From: a virus
Length of the DNA stretch: 64,000 nt
IMG/VR virus record: IMGVR_UViG_3300023235_000014
Direction: 5' to 3' (one strand)
Shown here in pieces: positions 47,538-57,750 of this stretch. Every line of letters starts with the position of its first letter. Position 1 is the first letter of the stretch. A program made the translations under genes and the position numbers. Under the pieces are notes generated by a model. That model searched no databases, was not told the DNA's origin, and saw only the letters and a list, made by a program, of their open reading frames with translations.

Positions 47538-47894
47538 TTATTTTCTCTCCTTGAGATTCTTCAGTTTAGAGACTGAAGCTCCTATACCACTATCTTGTGA
47601 CACTGTTTTCTTTCCTAAGCTCTTATGTTTCGATGTGAATGAATCTGTGCTGACATCTGTAACAAACTTACTCTCATCAATATTGATAGTCCTTGTTGGT
47701 TTGTGTTGCTTCACAGAGCTTACCTTCCATTCAGATACACGCCCTGTTTTGTCTAAACGCTGTAGGTCGTTAGGTCTTTGCAAGTTTCTTTGCAGTAAGT
47801 TGAGTCGACCAAGGATATAACCAACGATAAAAAGTATGATCCCAATTACAATTTCTAGTATGAGCATGACTGTGTTATTGAAAGAAAGATGCAC
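47538..47894 (-). CDS. Membrane-anchored protein (N-terminal TM helix), upstream of the actin-like gene
   Basis: 'VMLILEIVIGIILFIVGYILG'. Confidence 0.4.
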   Translation of the reverse strand: MHLSFNNTVMLILEIVIGIILFIVGYILGRLNLLQRNLQRPNDLQRLDKTGRVSEWKVSSVKQHKPTRTINIDESKFVTDVSTDSFTSKHKSLGKKTVSQDSGIGASVSKLKNLKERK

Positions 47895-47989
47895 TGCATC
47901 TTTCTTTGTTAGTATACTTTTTCTAAGCGTACATTTCTAAATTCCATTGCGTTTTTCTAAATCTGTCGCATGGCCTGTCAGCCAAGCTT

Positions 47990-48418
47990 ATGAAATGCCT
48001 ACTTAAAGGCATGCATCACTCAGACCCAATGCATTATAGCATGGAACAACTTGTTCGTGCTCTGGCTGCCGAGACTCTCTCGGAAATTTCCTATGACGAC
48101 GCTACTGTCGAAGAGGAAGGCTCCACAAATGGTGGAATGTGGGACCACATTGCTTCGGTTCTCCTGGATGAGATTGATTCGACTTACGAGGGCGAAGAAG
48201 TACAGCCATATGGTTATCACGCTGATGAATGCATCATAGGCCTTCGACCACTTGTGCAACCGTACTCGGTCTTTCCAGCTGCATCAAATATGCTGTCAGC
48301 GCTTGAACAACTAACCCTCGGTAAGGGAGACCCACGTGCATACACTACACTGGTTGTCCGTGCGATGGGTACAGCTGAAGCTGATAGATGGCAAAGCGAA
48401 GAGAGACTATACCGATGA
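47990..48418 (+). CDS. Hypothetical acidic protein
   Basis: 142-aa ORF. Confidence 0.35.
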   Translation: MKCLLKGMHHSDPMHYSMEQLVRALAAETLSEISYDDATVEEEGSTNGGMWDHIASVLLDEIDSTYEGEEVQPYGYHADECIIGLRPLVQPYSVFPAASNMLSALEQLTLGKGDPRAYTTLVVRAMGTAEADRWQSEERLYR

Positions 48419-49125
48419 AACTGCAATCAATTATCAACAATTTAGTCAAAGAAGCTCTGGAGGAAGCGTCTAGAGCTTCGCTTAATGAAATCTGGCTCGA
48501 TGAAGCTGAATACCCAGAATCCTTCTCATTCGAGGAGTTAAAAGGCTATCGTGGTATGGCTGGAAAAACTCGCTACCTCCAACGACACTTCGGTAAAAAA
48601 CTTGGCAAAGGTTCAGCACGAATCGTGTTTCCTGTCGATGGTGACACGGTTCTTAAGGTAGCGCTCAATGAAAAAGGCGTAGCACAAAACGACGTTGAGA
48701 TAGATGCTGGAAAAATTGGCTATGAGCACATCGCTAAAGTTTACGACTTCGACGACGATAGCACATGGCTTGAAATGGAGAGAGCTGAGCGGCTCAAAAA
48801 AACAAGCTTATGGCCAAAGTTAACTGGTATCCAGATTAGCTTCTTTGACTGGTATGACGTTCTCACATTTCAAATTCGGAAACGTCTTAGGGGTGGACGA
48901 ACTCACCCTAGCATAGAACCAAACGTAAGCAAAGAAATTCTTGAGCAAGTCTACGAAAGTGAAATGTTCAATGACATCATGGGGATGATTGCTAACCACG
49001 ACATGTCAGCTGGGGATATGGGTCGGCCGAGTTCCTGGGGTGTGGTCAGTCGAGGTGGGAAACAAATACCAGTTTTGATCGACTACGGGATCACTCCCGA
49101 TGTATTAAGAAAGCACTACTCATAG
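48415..49125 (+). CDS. Protein-kinase-like fold protein with a type-A-like N-terminal peptide
   Basis: Gly-rich loop 'LGKGSARIVF', 'VLKVAL' (Lys), 'NHDMSAGDMG', 'VLIDYGIT' (DxG). N-terminal 'MKLQSIINNLVKEALEEASRASLNE'. Confidence 0.35.
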   Translation: MKLQSIINNLVKEALEEASRASLNEIWLDEAEYPESFSFEELKGYRGMAGKTRYLQRHFGKKLGKGSARIVFPVDGDTVLKVALNEKGVAQNDVEIDAGKIGYEHIAKVYDFDDDSTWLEMERAERLKKTSLWPKLTGIQISFFDWYDVLTFQIRKRLRGGRTHPSIEPNVSKEILEQVYESEMFNDIMGMIANHDMSAGDMGRPSSWGVVSRGGKQIPVLIDYGITPDVLRKHYS

Positions 49126-49136
49126 TAGGTAACAAT

Positions 49137-49538
49137 ATGAAAATAACAAGCAAACAACTCAAAGAGATGATTCGCAAGGCTGTCCGTGAGCAACTAAGCG
49201 AACAGGCACCTGTGTGGGGCTCACAAAATACACCAAAAGGCCTGGCGGGCTTCGCTGGGAAGACAAGCACACAGACTTTTCAGTCCAATGCAGAAAAAGC
49301 TAAAAAGACTGCCGCACAAAAGGCAGCTGAAAAACAAGCAGGTACTGGTGAGGACTTTGGATCGGACAAGACTTTACCTAAGGGTAAGGTTGGGGCTGCC
49401 AATCGCAAAAAGCTTGAGCAATCCAAGAAGTTGCAAAATTTAAAGAAACAAGTGTACTATGAAATTGATCAAGCTAGCACAGACCCTGAGAAGTTGCAGG
49501 CAGTACTTGATTACCTCCGAAAGGACCAGGCCAACTAA
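49137..49538 (+). CDS. Lys-rich protein with type-A propeptide
   Basis: 'MKITSKQLKEMIRKAVREQLSE'. Confidence 0.55.
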   Translation: MKITSKQLKEMIRKAVREQLSEQAPVWGSQNTPKGLAGFAGKTSTQTFQSNAEKAKKTAAQKAAEKQAGTGEDFGSDKTLPKGKVGAANRKKLEQSKKLQNLKKQVYYEIDQASTDPEKLQAVLDYLRKDQAN

Positions 49539-49720
49539 TGGTAGACCGAGATAAAGAACAAACCGAAGAATACAAAGACGCCAACAAGAAGACAGTTGAT
49601 GTCGGCGGCAAAAAGAAACTACTGCTCATGGATGATGAAGATGTGAGTGGCGAAGAGGAGCTTCAAGAAATGATTATGGCTCTCATAGAAGAAGCTCTCG
49701 CTGGGATCGACCTCGACTAA
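49538..49720 (+). CDS. Small acidic ORF
   Basis: 60 aa, ATGG overlap with the upstream gene. Confidence 0.3.
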   Translation: MVDRDKEQTEEYKDANKKTVDVGGKKKLLLMDDEDVSGEEELQEMIMALIEEALAGIDLD

Positions 49721-49986
49721 AGTTCTTCGATACGGACCCTAAGCGCATCAGCGAGATACTCGGCTCCAGCATACCAAGCTTCATCAGCCGTCTCACTTAA
49801 AACTTCTGCAAGCACTGCTGTTAGTTCTTCAAGGATTTGTTTCTTGGGCATGACATCTTGTTGTGGGCCTTCAGGCGGTCCAATGTTTGGCAGTTTATCT
49901 GCATCGATCAAACTTGGGACTCCCAGACTGCCCTCATTCAAGAGTCCAGCTAATCTTCTCCAGCGTTCCTTGGAAAACCTAGTCAT
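49717..49986 (-). CDS. Small protein with type-B propeptide
   Basis: 'MTRFSKERWRRLAGLLNE'. Confidence 0.5.
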   Translation of the reverse strand: MTRFSKERWRRLAGLLNEGSLGVPSLIDADKLPNIGPPEGPQQDVMPKKQILEELTAVLAEVLSETADEAWYAGAEYLADALRVRIEEL

Positions 49987-52039
49987 TGTTCATCTTCTTT
50001 TTGAAGGCTGCTAAAATCTCTGGCCTGTCTTCTTTAAATCTAAACCTGCTGGAGTTGATCATCTTGATCAGCGCCTCATATGAGTTTACATCCGACCAAG
50101 TAATACCAGGACCAAAGAACTCTTGCACAAGTCCATCAGGACTAGTGGTTACGATTTCATCCTCTAGTGTTACCTTCTTGTCTTTTTTGCGGCGACCGCT
50201 TGGTGGAATGATTTGGAACTTTCTTTTCTTTAATCCGCTACGGAAATCCATGATGTATCTGTTCCAAACATCATCTGGGTCTCCTGGTTCTTTCCAGCGA
50301 ACGACGGTGGCAATGGCGTAGTAAAGCAAATTTCGCCAAACAGCCTTCTTTTTACTTGATTCAGGGGCACCCGAGTTGATGTCTTTCATCCAGTTGAGGT
50401 TGCCAACGAAGACATCGATCTGGATCATGCCTGGTTCATCTGTACGATCGCCTTCGGCGGTGAAAGCATTCATCTGCTCGCCTGAGGAATCAACCAACGG
50501 TGCCAGGAGGTGAAACTGCTTCAAGCCTTTTATGATAGAAAAGCTTTCGACAGTCGAGTTTGCTAGGTGGCCATCAAGCACGCTCCAAAACTCATGTATA
50601 TCTGTTAGCTCGGACATGCCCAAATAGTCAGCCAACTTGTCTAGACTCACTGCTATGTCGATATCATTGAAGAACTTTTTGCTTTTATTGCCAACGATTT
50701 CGTATTCTAGGCCATCAAAGCCAGCTAGGCTCAATGCATTACTGATGCTAGGCTCCAATAAAGGCTTGGGCACCACGGAGTTCATACCATCAAATACGTT
50801 TCCACCTTCTTGGATAGCAGACTCATTGAGTGCTGCTCTAAGGTCTTTCCTGACTACACCCTCTGGAACAATCTTCTTGTCGACAAAAAGCTCGATGACC
50901 TCGTCCAGTGGCATTTCCTCAGCCAGGCGACGCAGTTTTGCTATTAGAGCTTTCTGGTAATCAATTCGCTCTCGTGTTTCCCGTTGCTTCCTTTTAATGG
51001 TAACCATCTCGTGGCCGTTCTCTTCGAACTCACGTTCGACTTCATCCACTTCGTCTTGGTGCTGCTCTAGACCGACATCCCATGAATCTGGGTCAGCCTT
51101 GAGCGCTTTCCTGAATCTGTTTTCGGAATCAAAAATCCTGCCCAGATAATGCCAATTTCTTTGACCAACCTCAGTAAACTTTTCGGTGTCTACAATTTTG
51201 ATAAGCTTTCCGTCTGGTCCAGAAATGACAACACCTTCTACGTCTTTGCCAAATTTGCCTGAGACATCATGTCCAAGGGCTTGGTTTTTTGCCTGGAGAC
51301 CGATCTCTTTAACCCGTTGCAAGAGCTTGGCTTTAAGTTCTTTCGCTGCGGGCGTACGAGCTGGCTTTCTCAGGAAATTTCCGTGCTTCTCTACCAGGTC
51401 TTCAAGGGATACAACAATGTCGTTGTCAAACTCCAACCCTGAGATATCCATCTCAGGGACCTGGAAGAACTTGATCGTACTGTACTTGTTCGCTTCCTCT
51501 GCGAGGTCTTTCCACATCTCTGGGAGCGTTAGCCGTCCTGTTTTGTCCTTCTTGCCCAAACCTGTCTTGGTGTTGAAGATAACAAAAATTCCGTCGCCGA
51601 TCTTAGCCTCATCATACATGACGATGTTATGGTCCCAAGAGGGAATGGCTTCGCCTTCGATTTCCAAGTTTCCGTCATACTCGAAACCATGTTTGGCTGC
51701 CAGTTTTGTGACAATGCTATCCCAGGGGACACTTTGGAGTTTGTCGAAGTAGGATTTGAAATCAGACAGGAACGAGGCATCAGAAATGTCTTCCAACGAG
51801 TGAAAGACCATGTTCTTGCTACGCATGTAGAACTTGCCATTCTCAACTCCAAGTATCATGGCGACTCCATCCATTTTTTCTGTCACGTGAAATTTAGCCT
51901 TGTCGAGATTCCAAGCCTTGAGGAAGTCGAGCATGTCATGCCACTTGAGTTTATCCAGGTGTACGATCCCCTCCCCAAGCAGACTAATAGCCTCTTCGAC
52001 TTCACGCTCAATAAGAAGCCTTAAAGCACTGTCAGTCAT
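49979..52039 (-). CDS. ATP-dependent polynucleotide (RNA/DNA) ligase-like nucleotidyltransferase with a C-terminal extension
   Basis: Motif I 'VTEKMDGVAM' (KxDG). Motif IV 'DVEGVVIS'. Motif V 'GKLIKIVD'. N-terminal 'MTDSALRLLIEREVEEAISLLGE' resembles a type-A peptide. Confidence 0.55.
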   Translation of the reverse strand: MTDSALRLLIEREVEEAISLLGEGIVHLDKLKWHDMLDFLKAWNLDKAKFHVTEKMDGVAMILGVENGKFYMRSKNMVFHSLEDISDASFLSDFKSYFDKLQSVPWDSIVTKLAAKHGFEYDGNLEIEGEAIPSWDHNIVMYDEAKIGDGIFVIFNTKTGLGKKDKTGRLTLPEMWKDLAEEANKYSTIKFFQVPEMDISGLEFDNDIVVSLEDLVEKHGNFLRKPARTPAAKELKAKLLQRVKEIGLQAKNQALGHDVSGKFGKDVEGVVISGPDGKLIKIVDTEKFTEVGQRNWHYLGRIFDSENRFRKALKADPDSWDVGLEQHQDEVDEVEREFEENGHEMVTIKRKQRETRERIDYQKALIAKLRRLAEEMPLDEVIELFVDKKIVPEGVVRKDLRAALNESAIQEGGNVFDGMNSVVPKPLLEPSISNALSLAGFDGLEYEIVGNKSKKFFNDIDIAVSLDKLADYLGMSELTDIHEFWSVLDGHLANSTVESFSIIKGLKQFHLLAPLVDSSGEQMNAFTAEGDRTDEPGMIQIDVFVGNLNWMKDINSGAPESSKKKAVWRNLLYYAIATVVRWKEPGDPDDVWNRYIMDFRSGLKKRKFQIIPPSGRRKKDKKVTLEDEIVTTSPDGLVQEFFGPGITWSDVNSYEALIKMINSSRFRFKEDRPEILAAFKKKMNND

Positions 52040-52566
52040 TTTTTACCTTCTTTGTCTTTGTTATCCAGGATGCGTTTATACATGGCGTCTTCATCAGTCA
52101 TCCATTCTTCTTCGGTCTCAGCGACTTCATCAATCATCTCTGCAAGCTTAATGAGCTGTGCATTGGATTTCTCTAGTCGCTCCATGTATTTTGAAAGGAT
52201 AGGTCCCATAATGGCATGCTCATTTGGTTTGTTGTGAACATCTTTATAGAGATCGCCAAATAAAATATAGGCATTCTTGCGGTCGCTTACAGCGTTCTCA
52301 TAGATCTGACGCCAGAGAAGTTTCTTCTTTTCTTCGAGTGAAGAAAGCGTATCAAGCAGGGCGCTAAAGTCAAGCAGCTGGCGATTTGTTCGTGTATCCA
52401 AATCTTTAATGTCTGGTGCCTCAAACTTCCATTCAGGGACTTGCGGGTTAAATGACTGAGGCACGTACTCGTAATTCTCTGCATTTTCTTCAAGCCCAGC
52501 AGCAAATTCGTCTTCAAGTAGTTCGCCTAGTTCTTCTTCAGGGGTTTTTGGATTATCTGTCGCCAT
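52036..52566 (-). CDS. Hypothetical acidic protein
   Basis: ORF. The first ATG gives 'MATDNPKTPEE'. Confidence 0.35.
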   Translation of the reverse strand: MATDNPKTPEEELGELLEDEFAAGLEENAENYEYVPQSFNPQVPEWKFEAPDIKDLDTRTNRQLLDFSALLDTLSSLEEKKKLLWRQIYENAVSDRKNAYILFGDLYKDVHNKPNEHAIMGPILSKYMERLEKSNAQLIKLAEMIDEVAETEEEWMTDEDAMYKRILDNKDKEGKK

Positions 52567-52601
52567 GTCGGTAATTATCAACAACAGGCGAGAAACAACC
52601 A

Positions 52602-53162
52602 ATGAGTAGACGATATATCCACTTTACCAATCAGAAGGATGCTATGGCCATTCAGGAGTCACAAGAATTGTGGCAATCGAGCTATGGCCCAGCTGGTTCT
52701 GTATTTGCCGTTGCCGAAGGGGCAAAACATGTTCCAGGAGTTCAACAGTCCTCAATGGGCAGGGCCAAAGTCCGTTCCGCTGCTGTAATATTTGAAACAG
52801 CTCTTCTTCCAGATGTTGCATTCCCTGAAGAGGTGATGTGGCACGTGGAAAAACTACCAATTAGAAATGTTGAAGTCGTGTCTCCATCTGAAGCTATCAA
52901 ATTGCTGGATGGTTCAATCCCAGTAAGTGAAAGCGACCAACTTAAAATTCCTTTACACCCTGCTTTCAATATATTTGGCGATTGGACTAGGATGCCTGAA
53001 GATTTTGAACCCTGGATTCCTGGGCAGGGCGATGAGACTTATATGGCAGCCAATCAGCTCTGGCACGAGGATCAAGATGTTGAACTCATGCGGAGCATTT
53101 GGAATGACAGTGAGCTGGCCGAAGCTTTCTCACCAGAACTTCTAGCTTTATTGGACGACTAA
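52602..53162 (+). CDS. Hypothetical protein
   Basis: 186-aa ORF, divergent from 52036..52566. Confidence 0.4.
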   Translation: MSRRYIHFTNQKDAMAIQESQELWQSSYGPAGSVFAVAEGAKHVPGVQQSSMGRAKVRSAAVIFETALLPDVAFPEEVMWHVEKLPIRNVEVVSPSEAIKLLDGSIPVSESDQLKIPLHPAFNIFGDWTRMPEDFEPWIPGQGDETYMAANQLWHEDQDVELMRSIWNDSELAEAFSPELLALLDD

Positions 53163-53243
53163 CATTTACAGAAATGAAAGTTACCTTAGTCTATAATCTC
53201 ATAGCCAATTTCTTGTAATCTTGTCTAGTATATACCTACACCT

Positions 53244-54995
53244 ATGGCAAGAAGAACAGGATCACCAGCAACCAGAAGTATCGTTGGCGGCTCAGCCGCC
53301 AATCGTATTGGTGGTGCAATACAAGGTGCGCAAACACAAGCTGCTGCGCCAACTCTCCAAAGAGCGATCGTCGTTGATGTTATCATGGATCCAAACATCC
53401 TGACGGTCGAGCAAATTGAGCAGATAAAAGGAGTCGTCAATAACCCAAGGTGGGCTGACATTATGCCTGTTAACTCAATTGTCGCTCGCATTGTTAGCAA
53501 CGAGGGTGGTCGAGCTGCGAGAACCAACACCATACTATTCCCATTCTTCTCCTCACACTTTCAATTGCCAATTCAAGCTGGCGAAAGCGTCGAAGTGATC
53601 TATGAGGATTATTCGTATGGCGGGCAACAAGTCGGTTATTGGATGACTCGTACAAGTTCAACAAGGACCGTAGAAGATGTCAACTACACACATCAAGATA
53701 GGATTTTGCTGCCCTCAAGAAACCCAAGCAACTTTTCCTCCGAAGAACGCCAGGCTCGCAAAGTAGACCAACCTGACCCTGGTTTCCCTAATGGTGCCAA
53801 CACACCATCAACATTTGTGTTAGCTCAAAGTGGTTCAACTGATAATGCCTACGACAGAATACTCCTAAACGCAACTAGTCACAAGGGTGGGGATGCGGAT
53901 GCTATACCTCTCCAAACCTTTGAATCAGTTCCTCGTTGGCGTAAACGACCACAGGAGCTAGTGTTTCAAGGTGCCAACAACACACTTATCTGCCTCGGAG
54001 AGGACAGAAAAGGAGACGTACTTGGCGTTCGAGCAGAAGAAAACCCAGATGCATCTGGGCAAGCAGGCTCAATAGACATTGTCGTGGGACGTGGGAGAAT
54101 CTTGCCAGAACCCAACGTAGACCCAGGCGACGCTTTCGAAGGTAATACAGCGCCTTGGGTGGTGGGCAACACCCGAAATGTAAATGAAACAGACAAGGCT
54201 CGCTACCTTAGGGTGCCAGGCACTAACCAACTTTCAGACAATCTTGTTGAGGGCGACCCAGACCTTGTGCGTGATGCTGCCAGGATATATGTCACGATGC
54301 AATCAGAGGTGGACGTGAACTACGGCCTTACAGAGATTGAATACACTGAGAACACCCTGCCAGCAGGGGACAACTTAAATGAGTTGGTACAACCTAGGGC
54401 AGGTGAACAAGGGACTCTCAATAAGAGTTATGTGGTTCAGAAGGCTGACCATCTTAGGATGATCGCCCGCAAAGACACTGACAACGAAATTGAAGGAACT
54501 ATTCTTTTGCTCCGTGAAGGAGCTGCCGAGACAGATTTAGATGTAATCTATATGTCCAAAGAAGGCGTACATATTGACGGACCCAAGATTGTTCTCGGCA
54601 GAGGCCTGGCAGAAGTAGCAGGAGCTGGTGGTGACCCAACACCTGGTGGTGAGCCATATATCAGGTGGTCCAAGTTCAGAGACACAGTTGATCACCTACA
54701 GACGGAGATTGAAGCACTAAAAGATGCGCTTGTGGCGCAGGACACAAAGACGCATGAAAAGTTTGATCAACTCACGACACTATTGCAGTCGGCGTTTGCG
54801 GGGGCGATTGCCATACCTTATAGTCCAATCGCTGCGCTATCGGCAATTGCTGTAAATATAGGGTTGCTAGGAACTCAACTGCAAGTTGACCTACAACAAA
54901 ATTCCCAAGAAGCAACCCAGGCACACTCGGACGGCAAAAGCAACACTGATAGTTCAGTAGAGGCTGCGGCCAGTGAAAAGATCTTCGGGGAATAA
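53244..54995 (+). CDS. Baseplate central spike/hub protein (gp5/gpV/VgrG-type N-terminal OB-fold)
   Basis: 'RAIVVDVIMDPN...RWADIMPVNS...FQLPIQAGESVEVIYEDYSYGGQQVGYWM' fits the Phage_base_V / gp5 OB-domain pattern. It is followed by gp25- and gp6-like genes. Confidence 0.5.
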   Translation: MARRTGSPATRSIVGGSAANRIGGAIQGAQTQAAAPTLQRAIVVDVIMDPNILTVEQIEQIKGVVNNPRWADIMPVNSIVARIVSNEGGRAARTNTILFPFFSSHFQLPIQAGESVEVIYEDYSYGGQQVGYWMTRTSSTRTVEDVNYTHQDRILLPSRNPSNFSSEERQARKVDQPDPGFPNGANTPSTFVLAQSGSTDNAYDRILLNATSHKGGDADAIPLQTFESVPRWRKRPQELVFQGANNTLICLGEDRKGDVLGVRAEENPDASGQAGSIDIVVGRGRILPEPNVDPGDAFEGNTAPWVVGNTRNVNETDKARYLRVPGTNQLSDNLVEGDPDLVRDAARIYVTMQSEVDVNYGLTEIEYTENTLPAGDNLNELVQPRAGEQGTLNKSYVVQKADHLRMIARKDTDNEIEGTILLLREGAAETDLDVIYMSKEGVHIDGPKIVLGRGLAEVAGAGGDPTPGGEPYIRWSKFRDTVDHLQTEIEALKDALVAQDTKTHEKFDQLTTLLQSAFAGAIAIPYSPIAALSAIAVNIGLLGTQLQVDLQQNSQEATQAHSDGKSNTDSSVEAAASEKIFGE

Positions 54996-55050
54996 TTGAG
55001 GTTAGCCAACCTGGTTTTGCCAGAAAAATAATTGGATACATGGAGAAAAT

Positions 55051-55380
55051 ATGCCCTCACCAAATGAAAAAGAAAGATTAATTGGCTTGCTCGAACAAGC
55101 CTGGCTTGAATCAACTTCCACAATCAATGATTCCGTTGAAAGAAAGATTGCTGAGGCTCGGACAGCAAATTCATCAGAAGGTTCTGAGGTTTCGGAATCG
55201 GAGCGTACGGATATTACAACTTTAGGAGGAGAAACTGAAGCCAGGGAGCGTGCTAGGGCAATCACCGATACGGTTATTAGTGAGCTTCTTGAAAAAATCA
55301 AAACACTTGAAGGTGTTGTGGTGGATGTCAGGAATCGTGTTGAAGCTCTTGAATTAGTAACTGGAATAGCCTCTTTGTAA
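55051..55380 (+). CDS. Small coiled-coil protein (baseplate-associated?)
   Basis: 109-aa ORF. Confidence 0.35.
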   Translation: MPSPNEKERLIGLLEQAWLESTSTINDSVERKIAEARTANSSEGSEVSESERTDITTLGGETEARERARAITDTVISELLEKIKTLEGVVVDVRNRVEALELVTGIASL

Positions 55381-55413
55381 ACACGTATTGTCCCTGGCTA
55401 ATACTTACCTCTG

Positions 55414-55887
55414 ATGATTAGAAGAAGCTTCAAGGATGTTGGCGTAAGAAACGAGGTTATTCGTAATAACCCGCTCATTGCAAATCGCTCACGATTGCCA
55501 ATTGGTATTAAAACCCCTCTTGAACTTGTGGGCGGTTCCAGCATGTTTCAAACCCATGATAACATCGCAGATCAAATCGAAGACAACCTTCGCAACCTTC
55601 TTCTTACCAATTGGGGAGAGCGAATTGCTCTTTACAATTTTGGGGCCAATTTACGTCCCTTGCTTACCGAATACAGCAACAAAGACGATTTTGACACTGA
55701 GGCAATGGTTCGAATCAATACGGCAATCACCAAGTGGATTCCTTTTGTCACTCCCTTGGGATTCGAAAGCTTTCCAGATTTGGAAGAAAACCAGTTCACG
55801 GGCCGAGTCCGTATTTTTCTTTCCTACGCAGTTCCACGACTCAATATCAATGACAAAAACATGGAACTGGAACTCTACATTATTTAA
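55414..55887 (+). CDS. Baseplate wedge protein, gp25/GPW-like
   Basis: 'LLLTNWGERIALYNFGANLRPLLTEYSN...AITKWIPFV' fits the gp25 (IraD/Gp25) family. Confidence 0.6.
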   Translation: MIRRSFKDVGVRNEVIRNNPLIANRSRLPIGIKTPLELVGGSSMFQTHDNIADQIEDNLRNLLLTNWGERIALYNFGANLRPLLTEYSNKDDFDTEAMVRINTAITKWIPFVTPLGFESFPDLEENQFTGRVRIFLSYAVPRLNINDKNMELELYII

Positions 55888-55898
55888 GGTAACCTAAC

Positions 55899-57746
55899 GT
55901 GCCAGTAAGCAGCAAAAAAAGACTACTCAAACAGATCAAACAGCGCAAGTACCTGAACAAGGACTTCGATTCGCTGAAAGGTGACCTGCTTGAATACGCC
56001 AGGACTAACTTCCCAGACCAGATTCGGGATTTTTCCGAGGCCAGCCTTGGAGGAATGCTGTTGGATCTTGCAGCCTACACAGGCGATGTAACTTCATTCT
56101 ATTTGGATCACCAATTTCACGAGATGTCAATTGATACAGCTGTAGAAACTGTCAACATTGAACGTCATATAAAAAATGCAGGTGTTCCAATCGTCGGTGC
56201 GTCTCCAGCTGTCCTAAATTGTTCTTTCATAATCGAAGTGCCAGCAACTGGAACTCCAGCGGAGCCTAACACTGAGGCTTTGCCAATTATCCACGAAGGT
56301 ACTGTAGTACGTGCTCAAAACGGAACACAATTTGAACTAGTAGAAGACATTGACTTCAGGGAAACAGACAACGCTGGTGAACTTGAAGCGTCTGTTACAG
56401 TTGGTAACCGTGACAGCAGCAACAACCCAACCACATTCATACTCACAAGAGAAGCCGTAGCCATCTCAGGTTTCCGTCAGGTGGAATCCTTTTCGGTCGG
56501 TGGGTTTCAAGCTTTCAAAAAACACACCCTGTCTAAGGAGAACGTTACTGAGATCATCCGAGTCACAGATAACCAGGGCAACAAGTACTACGAGGTTGAT
56601 TACCTGACACAGGACACAATATTTGAGGCAATCCCAAACATTACAAACGATTCTGACTTAGTGCAAGAAGCCATTGTCCCTATCCCAGCCCCCTATCGTT
56701 TTACAGCTGGCACAGGCCTACAAACACGGCTAACGACGCTAACTTTTGGTGGTGGAAGTGCACAGAGCCTAAATGACGACATTATCCCAGATCCTTCCGA
56801 GTTTGCTGTTCCCCTTTACGGTAAGAAAACATTCTCCAGGTTCACGCTCAACCCAGGCAATCTGCTGCAAACTACTACTTTTGGAGTCTTGGCACCGAAC
56901 AGTACACTGACGATTGAGTATCGCTACGGTGGCGGACTGAATCACAACATTGGTAGGAGATCTATTCGTGGCCTAACCAACCTTGTCATCAGTTTCCCTG
57001 GGCGGCCCACACCCGAAGTTTCCCAGTTTGTGCGTCAGTCAATTGATGCCCAGAACTTTGAGTCTGCCGCAGGTGGCGAGGATGCTCCCACGGTTGATGA
57101 ACTCAAGCAAAGGGTTCCTGCTGTTAAGGCTTCACAGGGCCGTATTGTAACCAAGGAAGATTTGCTTGCCCGTGTATATACGATGCCGTCTAACTTCGGC
57201 CGAGTATTCCGAGCATCAATCCAGCCAAACCCGAACAACCCGCTCGCTGCTCAGTTGTTCATCATCTCAAGGGACAACGAACAACGACTCACAATGTCTC
57301 CAGACAGCCTAAAGTTGAACCTGCGACGTTTTCTCAATGAGTACCGACTCATCTCAGATGCTATTGACATTCTAGATGCACAAGTGATCAACCTTAAGAT
57401 TGATTTTTCCATTGTCGTCGACCCAAACTTCAACTCTACGCTAGTGCTTCAGAACGTTATCGCCAGGCTCAATAAGTTCTTCAATATCAAAAATTACGAG
57501 ATTGACCAGCCGATCATTATCGCTGAGATCCAGAATGTCATTTTCAATAACCCAGGTGTCCTAACTGTTAACTCAATCGACATCAAAAACCAAACTGGAA
57601 CAGTTGGCAACTCTAACCCCAGGCAATATTCAGATATACAGTTTGACGTAGAGGCAAACACGGATAGGGGAATTGTTATTGGACCTCCAGGATCCATGTT
57701 CGAAATTCGCTATAAGAGTTACGACATAATCGGAAGCACGGTATAA
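55899..57746 (+). CDS. Baseplate_J-like protein (T4 gp6 / P2 gpJ)
   Basis: 'KDFDSLKGDLLEYARTNFPDQIRDFSEASLGGMLLDLAAYTGDVTSFYLD' is the Baseplate_J N-terminal signature. GTG start with RBS AAGGTAA. Confidence 0.55.
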   Translation: MPVSSKKRLLKQIKQRKYLNKDFDSLKGDLLEYARTNFPDQIRDFSEASLGGMLLDLAAYTGDVTSFYLDHQFHEMSIDTAVETVNIERHIKNAGVPIVGASPAVLNCSFIIEVPATGTPAEPNTEALPIIHEGTVVRAQNGTQFELVEDIDFRETDNAGELEASVTVGNRDSSNNPTTFILTREAVAISGFRQVESFSVGGFQAFKKHTLSKENVTEIIRVTDNQGNKYYEVDYLTQDTIFEAIPNITNDSDLVQEAIVPIPAPYRFTAGTGLQTRLTTLTFGGGSAQSLNDDIIPDPSEFAVPLYGKKTFSRFTLNPGNLLQTTTFGVLAPNSTLTIEYRYGGGLNHNIGRRSIRGLTNLVISFPGRPTPEVSQFVRQSIDAQNFESAAGGEDAPTVDELKQRVPAVKASQGRIVTKEDLLARVYTMPSNFGRVFRASIQPNPNNPLAAQLFIISRDNEQRLTMSPDSLKLNLRRFLNEYRLISDAIDILDAQVINLKIDFSIVVDPNFNSTLVLQNVIARLNKFFNIKNYEIDQPIIIAEIQNVIFNNPGVLTVNSIDIKNQTGTVGNSNPRQYSDIQFDVEANTDRGIVIGPPGSMFEIRYKSYDIIGSTV

Positions 57747-57750
57747 CAAC

